Assembly (NCBI RefSeq): GCF_009914755.1
Contig: NC_060937.1
Source: the human T2T-CHM13v2.0 reference genome, Homo sapiens
Reading direction: 5' to 3' (one strand)
Length of the DNA: 64,000 nt
A program made the translations under genes and the position numbers. Under the pieces are notes generated by a model. It saw only the letters and a program-made list of their open reading frames with translations, was not told the origin of the DNA and ran no database searches. Numbering within the stretch: position 1 is the first letter of the stretch; each line of letters begins with the position of its first letter. Below are positions 26,700 through 39,776 of the stretch, piece by piece.

Positions 26700-29110
26700 G
26701 ATAATATTTTCCTCTTAATCTATTTTTAAAATTTCTATTTCATATTTAGTAGTCTCCCTGTTCCATTTCTCATGTTAACTACTTTACACTCACTGTATTT
26801 TTCAAGATCCATCTCTGAGATTGCCAATTTTTAATATTTTTTTAAAGAACTGGGTTTGGATTTATTGATCCTTTTTATTAATTTTTATTATTTTAAATTT
26901 ATTATTTAATTTACTACCTACTATTTTCATTAATTTTAAGTTATTTTCTATTTTTGGTTTATTTTATTGCTATTTTTACAATTTCTTATATTGAATACTT
27001 GGCCCTTTAACTTTTACCTCTTCTTTTGTAATGTAAGCTCTTAAACTTACAGATTTTTTTCTAGTATTACTTTAGCTGTATTTCATGTGTTTTTCTGTCT
27101 AGTATTTTTTAACCATTCAGTTTTAAAGCTTTCTAATTTCTATCATATTTTCTTCTTTGACTCATGCCTTATTTTAAAAACTCTTTTAAAATTCCCAACT
27201 GTATGGGTTTTGTTTTGTTTTTTTTTTTACTGATTCTTTGAAATGCAATGAGATTTGCTTTATAAAACTCAAGTTATGTGGTCAGTTTTTGAAAATATTC
27301 CTTATGTATTTGAAGATAATATATTGTCCAGTTGATGGACATGAATTTCTTTATGTTCATTAAATCAAACTTAATTCTGTTCAAATCTATATGTCTATGA
27401 ATTATTTTGTCAATTTCTCCTCACATATTTTAAAAATGTGATTAAATGTTTACAAGTTTAAAATTATTTCGGGAGAATTAAACCTTCCTTCATTTCTATT
27501 TCTAGCAATGCTTTTTGCCATAAAGTCATCTTTCTCTGATACTATCATCAGTTTTCTTTTGGTTAATATTTGATGAAACATTATACATTCCTTTGCTTTC
27601 AAAATTTGTTGTCTTTCAAAATTTTGCTTTCAAAATTTGTTGCTTTCAAAATTTTAGATATCTCTCTTGTAAATAGCATAGAGCTGAGTTTTTAAAGAGC
27701 CAAGTCTGTTAATAATTGTTTTTTTAACTGATTTTAATCCACTTTAATTCTGATGACTATTATGCTCAAAGACATCTGTACCATCTTGTACCATGCTTTC
27801 TACTAAAAACTCTAATCAACTTTAAATATTAAAAGCTGAAGAAAAGAGATAAATGGATTTACAGAGAGCCTTTCACTTAATGAACGTACTTTAGAAGTGG
27901 AGAAAAATACTTAAGTATGAAAAAAAATACTCCTGCAGCTAGCTCAGTGTCTGTCCAAATAGCTGCCCAGTTTTGTGCTTGAAACCCAGGGCCCTGGTGA
28001 CGTAGGCACCGGTGGGAATCTCCTGGACTGCAGGTTGTGAAGACCATGGGAAAAGCACAGTATCCGGGCTGGAGTGCACCATTCCTCACGGCACAGTCCC
28101 TCACAGCTTCCCTTGGATAGGGGTGGGAATTCCTCGACCCCTTGGGCTTCATGGGTGAGGCAATGCCCCACCCTGCTTTGACTTGCACTTCCATGGGCTG
28201 CACCCACTGTCCAACCAGTCCCAATGAGATGAACCAGGTACCTCAGTTGGAAATGCAGAAATCACCCGCCTTCTGCATCGATCTCGCTGGGAGCTACAGA
28301 CCGGAGGTATTCCTATTTGGCCATCTTATTAAAAATTGTTTTTAACGTTCTGCTCACTTCTTGACATACTTTGGTTTGTTTGAAGGCTTTTTTTAAAAAA
28401 ATTATTCTCTTACTATTTCCAAATCTATTCCTGTTATTTTAGTGGTTAACTATACATTTCAACAAAATTTAGAGTTAATCGATACTTATACCATCCTCAA
28501 AAGAATGCAATGATCTTGGGAGGATGAACTCTAATCATCCCTTTTCTGGGATCAATATTTTCCCCCTTTCCTAAGTTAGACACTGTTATTCTACTTTAGG
28601 TAGTGAATAATTGTTCAAATTTATTCACATATTTGGCAATATTTGTTTACCATTTCTTCTTTTATCTCACACCTTCCTTTTGTGATCATCGTTTCTGTTC
28701 CTAAAAAACATCCTTATAATTTCTACTATAGTAGTTTTATCATAGATATATTTTCTTATTTTTCCTGTGTCTAAAAAGTCTTGCATGTTTCACTGGGAAT
28801 TCTAGGTTAACAGTCATTCTCCTATTTTCTTGCTTCTATTATTGCATTGATAAGTCAGCAGTTAATATAATTGCTGTTCTTTTGTAGGCAATACATGTTT
28901 TGCTCTTTTTACAACTTTTACTTTTGCTTTTTTGTTCATTTTAAGATGTGTCCATTGTCCGTGGTATTTTATAGTTTCATTCTGGTGAGTCAAAGTGTGG
29001 ATTCTTTTTTATTTATCATGAAGGGGATTAGTAGACTTGTGAACCTGAGGATTGGTGTCTTTGATTGACTCTAAATTGCAGCCACTCTAAATATTGCTAT
29101 ACCTTCATTT
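26700..29110 (-). mobile_element. Ancient L1M body, interrupted at ~27796-28330
   Basis: T-rich strand with L1 antisense phrases ('agtattactttagctgtatttc', 'tctcttgtaaatagcatagagctg', 'gataagtcagcagttaat'). Boundaries approximate. Confidence 0.7.
27920..28327 (-). mobile_element. Isolated 5' UTR (first ~400 nt) of an L1PA7/8-like element
   Basis: Ends 'cctcagttggaaatgcagaaatcacccgccttctgcatcgatctcgctgggagct...ttcctatttggccatctt', the reverse complement of the L1PA 5' terminus with the YY1 motif aagatggcc. Confidence 0.92.
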
Positions 29111-29257
29111 TATTCCATTATGTGTGTATAAGGCTGTCTCTCTGTTCTTAAAGGCACCACATCTACTTAAGTATTTTTCTCCATTCTGTCTAAAAAGGAA
29201 AGGCCATCATATCATTTTACTATGTAAAAATATTTGAATATTTGTCAACTTATTATT

Positions 29258-29385
29258 GTTTATTCATTTACTTGATATTATTATTGAGTACAACTAAATA
29301 CTAATGTGCTAGATCTACTGCATGCTGAACATACATTGAAGAAGAAAAATACAGTTCCTATCCTCATGGAGCTTAGCATCTAGAA
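29258..29385 (-). mobile_element. L2 3' end fragment
   Basis: 'ttattcattt...tattgagtac...tgtgctag...cagttcctatcctcatggagcttagcatctag'. Confidence 0.65.
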
Positions 29386-29837
29386 TACTAAAAATAGAAT
29401 AACATTAAAAGAAAAGAATATCTATTGTCAGGGATTTTAAGGAATAGGATAGCTACCACTTATTTATATTTAGTAGGTGCCAGCCACCATTCTAACCACT
29501 TAAATACATTGTTATCTGGTATATTATTACATGGTAAAACTCCACATGCCTTAGTTAGACATACAAATGTTCAACATTCTAGACTTGGTCTTCTTTTCCA
29601 GAATAACTGTCTACCATTCTAATCCACACCTTCACTTGATCTCCTTGATCTACTCAATATTTCCAGAATCAATCACATCCTTCCATGATTCCATCTTTCA
29701 TAACTCGGAAAATTCCCCTCATACATAAATAATCCAATTTTATTTCCTTTGCCAAGTGTTATAAAAATTTTCCAGGTTGTAAGTTTTTCCCATCTTTGCA
29801 TCCCTATAACAGTTTATTCAAATGTATATAATAGAAA

Positions 29838-32800
29838 TTTCTGCTTCCCGTCTAGAAGGAGTAATATCTATGTAGACTTTCTAATATTCATACCAGGTTT
29901 ACCCTCCTGCATGACACAACCAACATATGGACAAAATACATGAAACAACACTTTTAAGGGAATTAGGCAACAAAGGATAATGATTCCTGAGAGACATGAA
30001 ATAAATGAGGTAAGCCCTCTGACTGTCCTACCATACAGCCTTGAGAGTATTTCCAGGCTGTTGCACAGGGCGGGAGACCCAAGGTGAAGCCCAGGGGACT
30101 CCCTGGGTGGAGAATACACAGCTAAGAGTCAAGAACACCAAGGTGGCTAGAGTTCTCAGGACCAGAGACAAGGGAGCTGCACGGAGGGAGAATTCCAGAG
30201 ATCAGCAAAGCACCTCTCTTGAGTATCCAACCGAGGACTGATCAGGAAAGTACTGGAGGTTAGGGAAAGAATCACTCAAAAGGTTTAGAGGTAATAGTGC
30301 CTGGCACTCACACAGGGCTGAGAGTGTTTCCACCAGCCAGACTGGACAACCTCATGATTCACAGATTAGGTAGAGTACACAGAAAGGCTTCCCATCTGTA
30401 GTGGGAAATAATTAGCTCTAGAGTGAGCACTACCTAAAAAATCTTAAAAGACAATCCAAAAGGAGCAAACTGTGTCCCAGAACAAAGCTTGAGAATATTT
30501 ATAGGAAAGCAAACATATTAAACAAGGTAAAATCCATAATGTCTACCAGCATCAACAGTAGAAAGATCTATGGAAAACACCTAAATATTTAGAAATCAAA
30601 TAACACATTTGTAAATATGAGCTAATCATATTTACGGATACATCGAAAAGGGAAATTAGAAAATGTTTTGAGTTGAATGAAAACACCAACATGGCACATC
30701 AAAATTCACGGATGACACTAAAGCAGTATTTGGAAGGAAATTATAGCACTAAATTCCTACGTTAGAAAAGAATAAAGATCTCAACTTAATGACCCCTGCT
30801 TGCCCTTTAATTAGAAAAACAGGAGCAAATTATACCTAAAGTAAGTAAAAGAAAGGAAATAGTAAAGATCAGAATGAAAATGAATTATCTAGAAGACAGA
30901 AAAACAACAGAGAAAATCATTGGAACCAAAAGCTGGCTTTTTGACGTAAAAAATTTGATAAATCTCTAGTCAGATTGATAGAAAAAAAGGAGAGAAGGCA
31001 CGATTATCACTATCAGGAAAGAGAGAGGTAACATCAGTAGAGATTTAAAAGACATTATTATGATAATCAGGGAATATAATAAACAACTTTATGCCAATAA
31101 AGTTGACAATTTAGATGAAACATACAAACTTTTTGAAAGACACCAATTACCAAAGCTCATTTAAGAAGAAATAGTTAACCTGAATAACTATATCACTAAA
31201 AAAAAGAATTTGTAATTAAACATCTTCCTACAAAGAAAATGCCACGCCAGGTGGTTCCACTAGTGTGTTTTTATCAAATATTAAGAAAGAATTAATAACA
31301 ATTTTACACACACTCTTTCAGAAAATTGAAAAGGGGTGAATATATAATCTTATGAGGTCAGTTTATCTTGATATCAAAATCAGACAAAGACATTATAAGA
31401 AAAAAAACCCTACAAACCATTTCCTTCATGAACATAGATGCAAAAATTCTGAACAAAATTTCAGCAACACAATGTAACAATGTATAAAAAAACATAGTAT
31501 GTCATGACCAAGTGAGGTTTACCCTAGGAATGCAGAGTTGGCTTAACATTCCAAAAATCAATCAATGTAATTCACCATATTAACAAACTGAAAAAGAAAA
31601 GGTATATAATTGTCATAAGAAAAAGTGTTTGATAAAATCCAACACCCACTCATGACAAACTCTCTACAAACTAAAAATACAAGGGAACAACCTCAAGCTA
31701 ATACAGGGCAACAAAAAAACCCTACAGGTAACATCACAATTAATGTGAAAGACTGAATGATTTCCTCCTAAGATAGGGAACAACATACAAGGATGTCTGT
31801 TCTCATGGCTTCTATTCAACATTGTAGTGGAGCTTCTAGGCAGTGCAGTAAGACGACAAGGAAAAAATAATAAATGGCATTTTCATTGGAAAGGCAAAAG
31901 TAAAACAGTTTTTATTTACAGATGACATGAGTGTCTATGAAGAAAATCCAATGGATCCTATGAATAAGTTACTAGAACCAATGATTGAGTTTAGCAAGGT
32001 TGAATGAGATAAGATGGACATATAAATATCGATTTTATTTCTATATGATAGCAATGAACAATTAGAAATTGAAGTGAAAATTATATTAGTGCCAAGAGTA
32101 TCCAAAAATATGAAATACTTAAGGACAAAAAAGTACATTTTATGTGACTCAATTTATATACATTTCTAGAAAATATAATCAAATTTGTAATAACAAAGAG
32201 TAAATCAGAGGTTACTTGGGGGCAAGAGATGGGAAGGGCAGGAGGGAGGAACTGCAAAGGAACACAAGAAAACTTTATAATTTTTTAATTTACTTTTTAA
32301 TTGACAAATAAAAATTATATATATGGTATGGATAGTATTTATGGTGTACAACATGATATTTTGATATATGTATACAATGTGGAATGGCTAAATTAAGGTA
32401 ATTAACATATGCATTACCTTACCTACTTATTTTTTCGCGGTGAGAACACTTAAAACCTATCTCTTAGCAATTTACAAATATGTAATATATTAATTATAGT
32501 CACCATGTTGTACATTAGACTCCTTTGAACTTCTCCTCTTGTCTAACTGAAATTTTGTATTCTTTAACCAACATCTCCCCAATTTCTCTCTTCTCCCAGC
32601 CCTTTATAACCACTGTTCTACTCTCTGCTTCTATAAATTTGACTTTTTAAGTTTTTTTAGATTTGTTTTTCTGTGTCTGACTTATTTCACTTAGCATAAT
32701 ATCCTCTATGTTTGTCCATGTTGTTGCAAATGACAGGTTTTCCTCCACTGGGAAGTCAGAATAGTATTCTATTTTGTATATATACCACATTTTCCCTATT

Positions 32801-33027
32801 CATTCACCCATTATTAGATATTAAGGTTGATTCCATATATTGGCTATTGTGAATAATGCTACAATGAACATGGAACTAGGAAGCTTTTGAGGGTACTGAA
32901 TATAACCATTATTTTCATTTTGGTGATAGTTTCACGGGTGTATACATATGTCAAAACTTAACAAATTGTGCAATATAAATGTGTAATGTTCACCTCATGT
33001 TACTTATACCTTAATTCAGCCATTTAA
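29838..33027 (+). mobile_element. Internally deleted old L1 (L1MC/MD-like): 5' UTR, ORF2 middle and 3' UTR
   Basis: 5' UTR-like 29838-30550; ORF2/RT text 'atgaacatagatgcaaaaattctgaacaaaat', 'ttatttacagatgacatga' (FxDD region); 3' UTR at 32125-32275 and 32878-33027. Confidence 0.85.
32278..32873 (-). mobile_element. L1MA 3' end nested in the older L1 3' UTR
   Basis: 'ttttaattgacaaataaaaatt...gtgtacaacatgatattttgatatatgtatacaatgtggaatggctaa...tggctattgtgaataatgctacaatgaacatgg'. Confidence 0.88.
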
Positions 33028-33769
33028 GAAATCTATATTATAAGATTTTTGATAATACTTTGTCTATGCATATCCCTCTTTAGGATGTGATCTCCTTTGA
33101 TATGAGGATATAACTAATTAATATTTGACTTCAGTGCTTGAAAATAACAGCCATCCCATAAATATATGTTAAACAAATGAATGACAAAATACTGCCCTGC
33201 AGAAAATATTGACTAGGATTGGCAGTCTAAATTTTTGTTTCTCAGTGTTCTTAAGAAAGATAATAGTACAAAAAAGAGAAAGGTGGTTTTGTATTTTCTT
33301 CTCAGGCAGCTGATTAATCCTTTACAATGTTTTGATAACTGCAAAGTATCTTTATGTACATTGTGTCATGTATCTAAGTCTGAGAACTGGATTGGCATTT
33401 TCATTCTCATGTTATAGAAAAGAAAGGTGAAGCGCAGTGAGAGCAAATGAATTTTCCCAGGTCCTATTGCTAATGATGAAATTTTCCTTTTAAGAAAACA
33501 TTTGATATTTAAACAGCTGTAATGTTCTATTCCTCAGGGGGATGGAATGAGTTTTCTAAAATTTCTAAAGATGGCAGAGGATAGAGACGGCTAATTGTTC
33601 CTCAATATCTTCTCTTTCATTCATCCTTTAGTAAGAGACTCTCCTAAGACTTAACTGCCTGTTCTTCCTTGTAGCTAATTATGGCCCTGTGGCTTAGTCT
33701 GAGCCAATATTGTGTGATGGAAATGAAATATGTGACTTTTAGGTTGTATCTTTAAGACAATCAGGAAGA

Positions 33770-34000
33770 AAAGAGTTCCTTATTATTTGTTGGAGGGTCA
33801 GCCCTTTTGTTCCACTTAGGCCTTCAACTGAAGGGGTGTGGGTTACTCACGTTAAGGAGGGCAAGCTCCTTTACTCAGTCTATTGATTTCAATGTTAATC
33901 TCATTCTGAAACTCCCTCACAGACACACCCAGAGTAATGTTTGACCAGCTATCTGGGCACCCCATGGTCCAGTCAAATTGATATGTAAAAATAACCAGTA
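33770..34000 (-). mobile_element. MLT2 LTR (partial), 3' LTR of an ERV-L
   Basis: 'ggccttcaactga...ctttactcagtctattgatttcaatgttaatctcat...cctcacagacacacccaga...ccagtcaaattga'. Confidence 0.88.
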
Positions 34001-36250
34001 AGAGTTCACTCCTTGTCAACTTGGCACCCATACACATCTTCTAAAACCAGACACAATCTCTGAATAAAGACAATAACAAAGTCATAATTCTGCCTAACAT
34101 GATACAACTATCCTGCATACAACTGAAAATGCACCAACCCCTTTCCCAGAAGAGGAGGTGAAGTCCTGAAGTGATGTTGACTCTTTTCTTTGATATCCCA
34201 TAACTTAAACACCATGATATAAAATTAACAATACTTAAATACTATAAAAAGCCAATATATCTTTTTATATAAAGGAATAAGAAAGAAAACAAGAATGTTT
34301 GCTATACACACACACATATATATGGACAGATACATTTATAACAACATAAAGGGAAATATTCGTGACAATCACAGTCTTCATTTCTGTAACTGGTCACATA
34401 GACCACTATTTATAACTTCTTCTTCCATTGTGCCCAGTTTCTATTACCTTTGCTTTCAGCAAGCACCTCAGTGTTTCATGGTTCTTTGTCTGATGGGATG
34501 ACCCAAATATTCATTCATGGAGGGTCTAGGTCATCAGTAGTGCCACCTGGATTGGGCTGTTGTAGTTTTCCATTGACCTAATAACAGGGCATGGTAATTC
34601 CAAAAGATATCCTAAGGGATTGCCTATATTCTAGACAGGTAAGAGACTGCCCTTACCTCCATTGTGGAGAAATAGTCCAATTTCCCTTTGGTAGTCAGGA
34701 TAAATCACCCCTACCAGCACAGTAACTCTCTTCTTTGCCTGTTAGTTCAGAGGCATAAGGAAGCCAAAATGGTTGGAAGGCAGTCTTCTAGTCCAGTGGA
34801 CTCATTGTTGTGTCTTCTGGTAGAAGCATTCCTTCCTTTGGGATCAAGACTTCTAGGCCAGCACAGCATACATTTGCAAGAACAGGAAGGAAAAGTTTTG
34901 CTAGTGGGTCATTAGAAGTAGTAGCGAATGGTGCCACTTCCAGTTCTACCCCTTGATTGCTGGGCTCTTGAATTCTGGCTATTGGAGAAAGAGAACCATA
35001 GGTGGGACACAAATTCAGAGCATATATAGCCCTTTGGAGAACCTTGTGCCAGCCCTGCAAGGTATTGCTACCTAGCTGGCACTGTCACTGAGTCTTCAAA
35101 AGGTCATTCCATTGTTCTATCAAACCAGCTCTGTTTCAGGATGGTTGGGAACATGATAAGACCAGTGAATCTTGTAAGTATGGACCCATTGCCACACTTT
35201 TTTTTTTTTTGCTATGAAATGATTTCCTTAACCAGAAGAAATGCTGTCTGAAACATCATGACTGTAGATAAGATATTCTATAATTTCATACAAGTTCATG
35301 GATGGTAGCTTTGGCAGAAGCATTGTGTACAGGGAAGGTAAATTGGTAGGCAGGGTAAGTGTCTTTTCCAGTAAGAACAAAAGGCTGTCCTTTTCATGAT
35401 GGAAGCAGTTCCATGTAATCAACTTGTCACCATGTAGCTAGCTAATCCCCTGAGAAATGGTACTATACAGTATTTGGTCTGTGCTGCTGGCAGATTGAGT
35501 GCTCAGCAGTGGCTTTAGCTAGGTCAGCCTTGATGAGCAGAAGTCCATGTTGCTAAGTTCATGCATAACCTCCAACCCTGCCACTGTGGCCACTTTGTTC
35601 ATGAACCCATTGGGTGATGACAAGGATGTCTGGGCAAAGAGACTGATTGGTATTCACAGAACAGGCCATCCTATCTACTTTATTAAATCTTCCTCTGCTG
35701 AGGTCACCCTTTGCTGAGTATTCACACGGAACGCATGTATCTTCACATTTTTTGACCATTCAGAGAGGTATATCCACATACCAATTCCTCAAATTTCCTT
35801 GTCATCAGTTTTTCAATCATATTCATTCCAAGTCTCAGACTATGCAGCCAAACCATTCGCCACAGCCCATAAATTGATATATGGTCTCACATCTGACCAT
35901 TTCTTCTTCTAAGCAAAGTGAACAATTAAGTGCACTGCTTGAAGTTCTGCCCACTGGGAGGATTCTCCTTTACAACTGTCCTTCAGGGATGTCCCAGAAA
36001 GGGATATTAGTGCTGCAGCTGTCCACTTTCAGATGGTGCCTGCATATTGTACATAACCATCTGAAAACTAGATGAGTCTTCTTTTCCTCTGTCAACTGAT
36101 TGTGGTGAATGCTCCATAAGGCCGTAGGTGCAGTCTGAGAAAGAGAAGGCAGTGTAGCAGGAGTGGGGACAGTGGACATTTTGGCCACCTCTTCATGTAA
36201 CCTACTTGGCCTTCAGGACCTGCTCAGGCTCAATCGGGAATATATCATTT
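34001..36250 (-). mobile_element. ERV-L internal region (degenerate RNase H - integrase - dUTPase)
   Basis: Minus-strand ORF fragments such as 'GWHKVLQRAIYALN..PTYG...EVAP...DPLAKLFLPV...AGLEVLIPKEGMLLP' and 'QWVHEQSGHSGRVGGYA' match ERV-L pol. Many stops and frameshifts. Confidence 0.9.
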
Positions 36251-36395
36251 GTAGACTGTCTTAAAGGCCATCCACACAGGACTTTCCTCCCTCAAATCTT
36301 CTCTTTTTAAATCTGCATTCTTCAACGCAGATACTGTTGCACACATAAGAAGAAAATATGTACTATTTCCAACCGAATTTAATTTTCTTCTTTAC

Positions 36396-36968
36396 TTTTT
36401 TTCTTAATTTTAGATTCAGGGGTACATGTGCACGTTTGTTACCTGGGCATACTGTGTGATGCTGAGGTTTGGACTTCTGATAACCCTGTCACCCAAGTAG
36501 TAAACATAGGGTAGTTTTCAGCCCTTCCTCCTTTCCTCCCTCCCTCCTTTTGGGGTCTCCAGTGTCTATTGTTTTTATCTTTGTGTTTGTGTGTACTCAG
36601 GGTTCAACTCCCACTTACAAGTGAGAACGTGCAGCATTTAATTTTCTGTTTCTGTGTTAACTTGGTTAGAATAATGGCCTCCAGCTATATTCATGTTGCT
36701 GCAAAGAACATGACTTTGCTCTTTTTTTATGACTGTGTAGTACTATATGGTATATATGTACCACATTTTCTTTATCCAATCCACCATTGATGGGCACTTG
36801 GGTTGATTTTGTGTCTTTGCTATTGTGAATAGTGCTATAATAAACACAAGACTGCAGGTGTCTTTTGGGTGGAATGATTTGCTTTCCTTTGGGTTTATAT
36901 CCAGTAGTGGAATTGCTGGGTTGAGTGGTAATTCTATTTTTAATTCTTTGAGACTCTCCAAACTGCTC
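36396..36968 (-). mobile_element. L1PA/PB 3' end
   Basis: ORF 36743-37009 contains 'LKELKIELPLNPAIPLL...IALFTIAKT.NQPKCPSMVDWIKKMWYIYT' (L1 ORF2 C-terminus). Confidence 0.93.
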
Positions 36969-37507
36969 TTTATTTTGAATTCTTCCAAACCCAGTATATT
37001 CAAGAACAAAAAAGAAAAATACGATTGTGATACCGGTTAAAAGGCTGTAACAAAAAACAAAATAAGGATATTTTGCCAAATATATCACACAGCGTGATGT
37101 AGGGGCATACACATGAAATTCTGATTCTGTCTGGAATTCCTAGACCTTCTCTTACTGTACTGGTGAAAATGCAGCTATAGCAGCATCACATTGTGGTTCT
37201 TGAGCCAACCTAGGCTTTGCCTTGAAGATGAAATATTTGTCCTGAATAATCTTACCTTACAGTGTTAAGATTTACATGTGTGTTTACTTTTTATTAGGCA
37301 TGTACTGATCTGACTTGTTTGAGTTTTATTGGCACTTAAAACCGTGAGAAGATAACTGATTCATGACAGCAGAATTTCAGGTGATTCATCGGATTCATTA
37401 ATCAAAATGATTAGTTCAGCAATAATTTATATTGGATCAGTAAATAGCATATCTTCTTTTATTTAAAGGTACCTGAATTACCTGGTATCAAGCCACTGAA
37501 ATCTTCA

Positions 37508-37752
37508 TATTTATTGAAGTATACTTTACATAAAATAGAATGGATATATATCTCGGGAGTTTCAGTGCCATGGGTTTTGACAATTGTATAAATCCACATA
37601 AACACTCAAAACAACATTTACATCACCATAGAAAGCACCTTCCTGACCCTTTCTAGCCATCCTGCTCTTCCCCAGTGAGGCAACCACTTTCTGATTTTTA
37701 TCACTTTAGCTTTCTTTTGCCCATGTTTGGACTTCATGTAAATGGAATCATC
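37508..37752 (-). mobile_element. L1MC/ME 3' fragment
   Basis: 'tttattgaagtatactttacata...ggttttgacaattgtata...ggcaaccactttctgatt...catgtaaatggaatcat'. Confidence 0.7.
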
Positions 37753-38064
37753 TGGACATTGATATTTAAATGCTTATTCTCTGTTTTATAGAATTTTTTT
37801 CATTTTTCACATTTAACCTCATCAAAATACTGTACAAAACAACCCCAAAGCACTTTGCTTTTGAGGTCACTGTTAGTATTGTTTAATGGCAGTATATAGA
37901 TACAGTTTGAAATCAGAGGAGGCATGATTTTCATTGGTAAATCACATTAGGCTACATTTTGCTACCTTTGTTTTCTCTGAATTTTTATAACATATAGTTG
38001 GCCTGGGTCACTGATAAACTCATCAGCTTTAGAACTGTAAGGGCTTTCAGGAATCACCTACCAA

Positions 38065-39162
38065 ATCGGCAAATAGCTATTGAGCTTGTCTCTCAACCAG
38101 CCATTGTGCTAGCTAGACCTTGCAGATAGAGTGGGTATTCTGAAAGGCAAAGTCTCTGCATTTATAGAATTTGTGTTGTAGCAGGAGAAAGAGAACACAA
38201 ACAATCGTGGCAATAATGTTTGATGAGTGTTATGGTAGGGGCTGCAATGGCAGCTTTGCTAACCTCCCTTTGTCAGAGAGTCAAGGAAGGTACTCATGAA
38301 GAATTGAGGTTTAGGCTAGGACTGAGGGGATATGCAGGAGTAAGCCAGGCAAAGAGATACAGAAAGGGAAAAGAGAGAAGAGGAGAAGGGGCAGATTGAT
38401 CCAGAGAAACCAGCATGGGCAATGGCAGGGAGTGGACAGCATGGCACCTATGAGATACCTATGGGGAGCTGACAGAAGCTCAGTAATGCCTGAAAGTGGT
38501 CAAGGAGAAAAATGGCAGTAGTACCAGGAAACTCTGAGCCAGGGTAAGGAGTTTGGATTCATTCTAAAATCAAAGGGGGCCACTGAAGGGTTTTAAGTGG
38601 GTTATTACATGATCCGATTTGCAAAAATCCTCTGTCTATGTCATGGAGAATGGGCTGGGAGGAAGCAAGACTGGAGACAAGGAGACGTGTTAGGGGCCAT
38701 TGCTTAAACCAGGGTGGTAGGGTTTGGGAAAATGGAATTGAATTAAGGGATATTTCAGAGGCAATAATATCAGGTTTTGGTGAATGGTAAGGGTGGTGAA
38801 GAGGAAAAAGGACTCAAACATTTCTCCCAGATTTCTTGTTTAAACAACTGGCCTTTTAGTAGCACTATTTCCTGATATAGGAAGTATTTGAGGGGAAGGT
38901 CATATTAGCATATGTGCTGGTGGTGGTAGTGTGTGTGTAGTGGAGGGATGCATACATGGAAATGTTGAGTCCAAGTTTTGACATATAGATTCTTTTAGTT
39001 GCTTGCAGGACATTTAAATGGTGATGTCCAAAAGACATGTCTGTAGCTCAAGAGAGAAATAATTCAACTGGAGATATAAATTTGGTCATCAGCAGCTAAT
39101 AGATAGTTATTGAAACATGGTAGTGGGTGAAATTGCCTACAAACAGGTGTGTAACTCTGAGA
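38065..39162 (-). mobile_element. L2 (long 3' portion)
   Basis: 'ggtaaggagtttggattcattcta...ccactgaagggttttaag...ggagatataaatttgg tcatcagc' are typical L2 antisense motifs. Confidence 0.8.
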
Positions 39163-39268
39163 GATAATTAGTATGTTGTTTCCTGAAGTGGATTCCATGG
39201 TGGGCTTAGTTCTATGAGATACTTTGAATGAAATTACTTTGTGGCCAAGTCATTTAGAAAATGCATCA

Positions 39269-39776
<508 letters not shown>

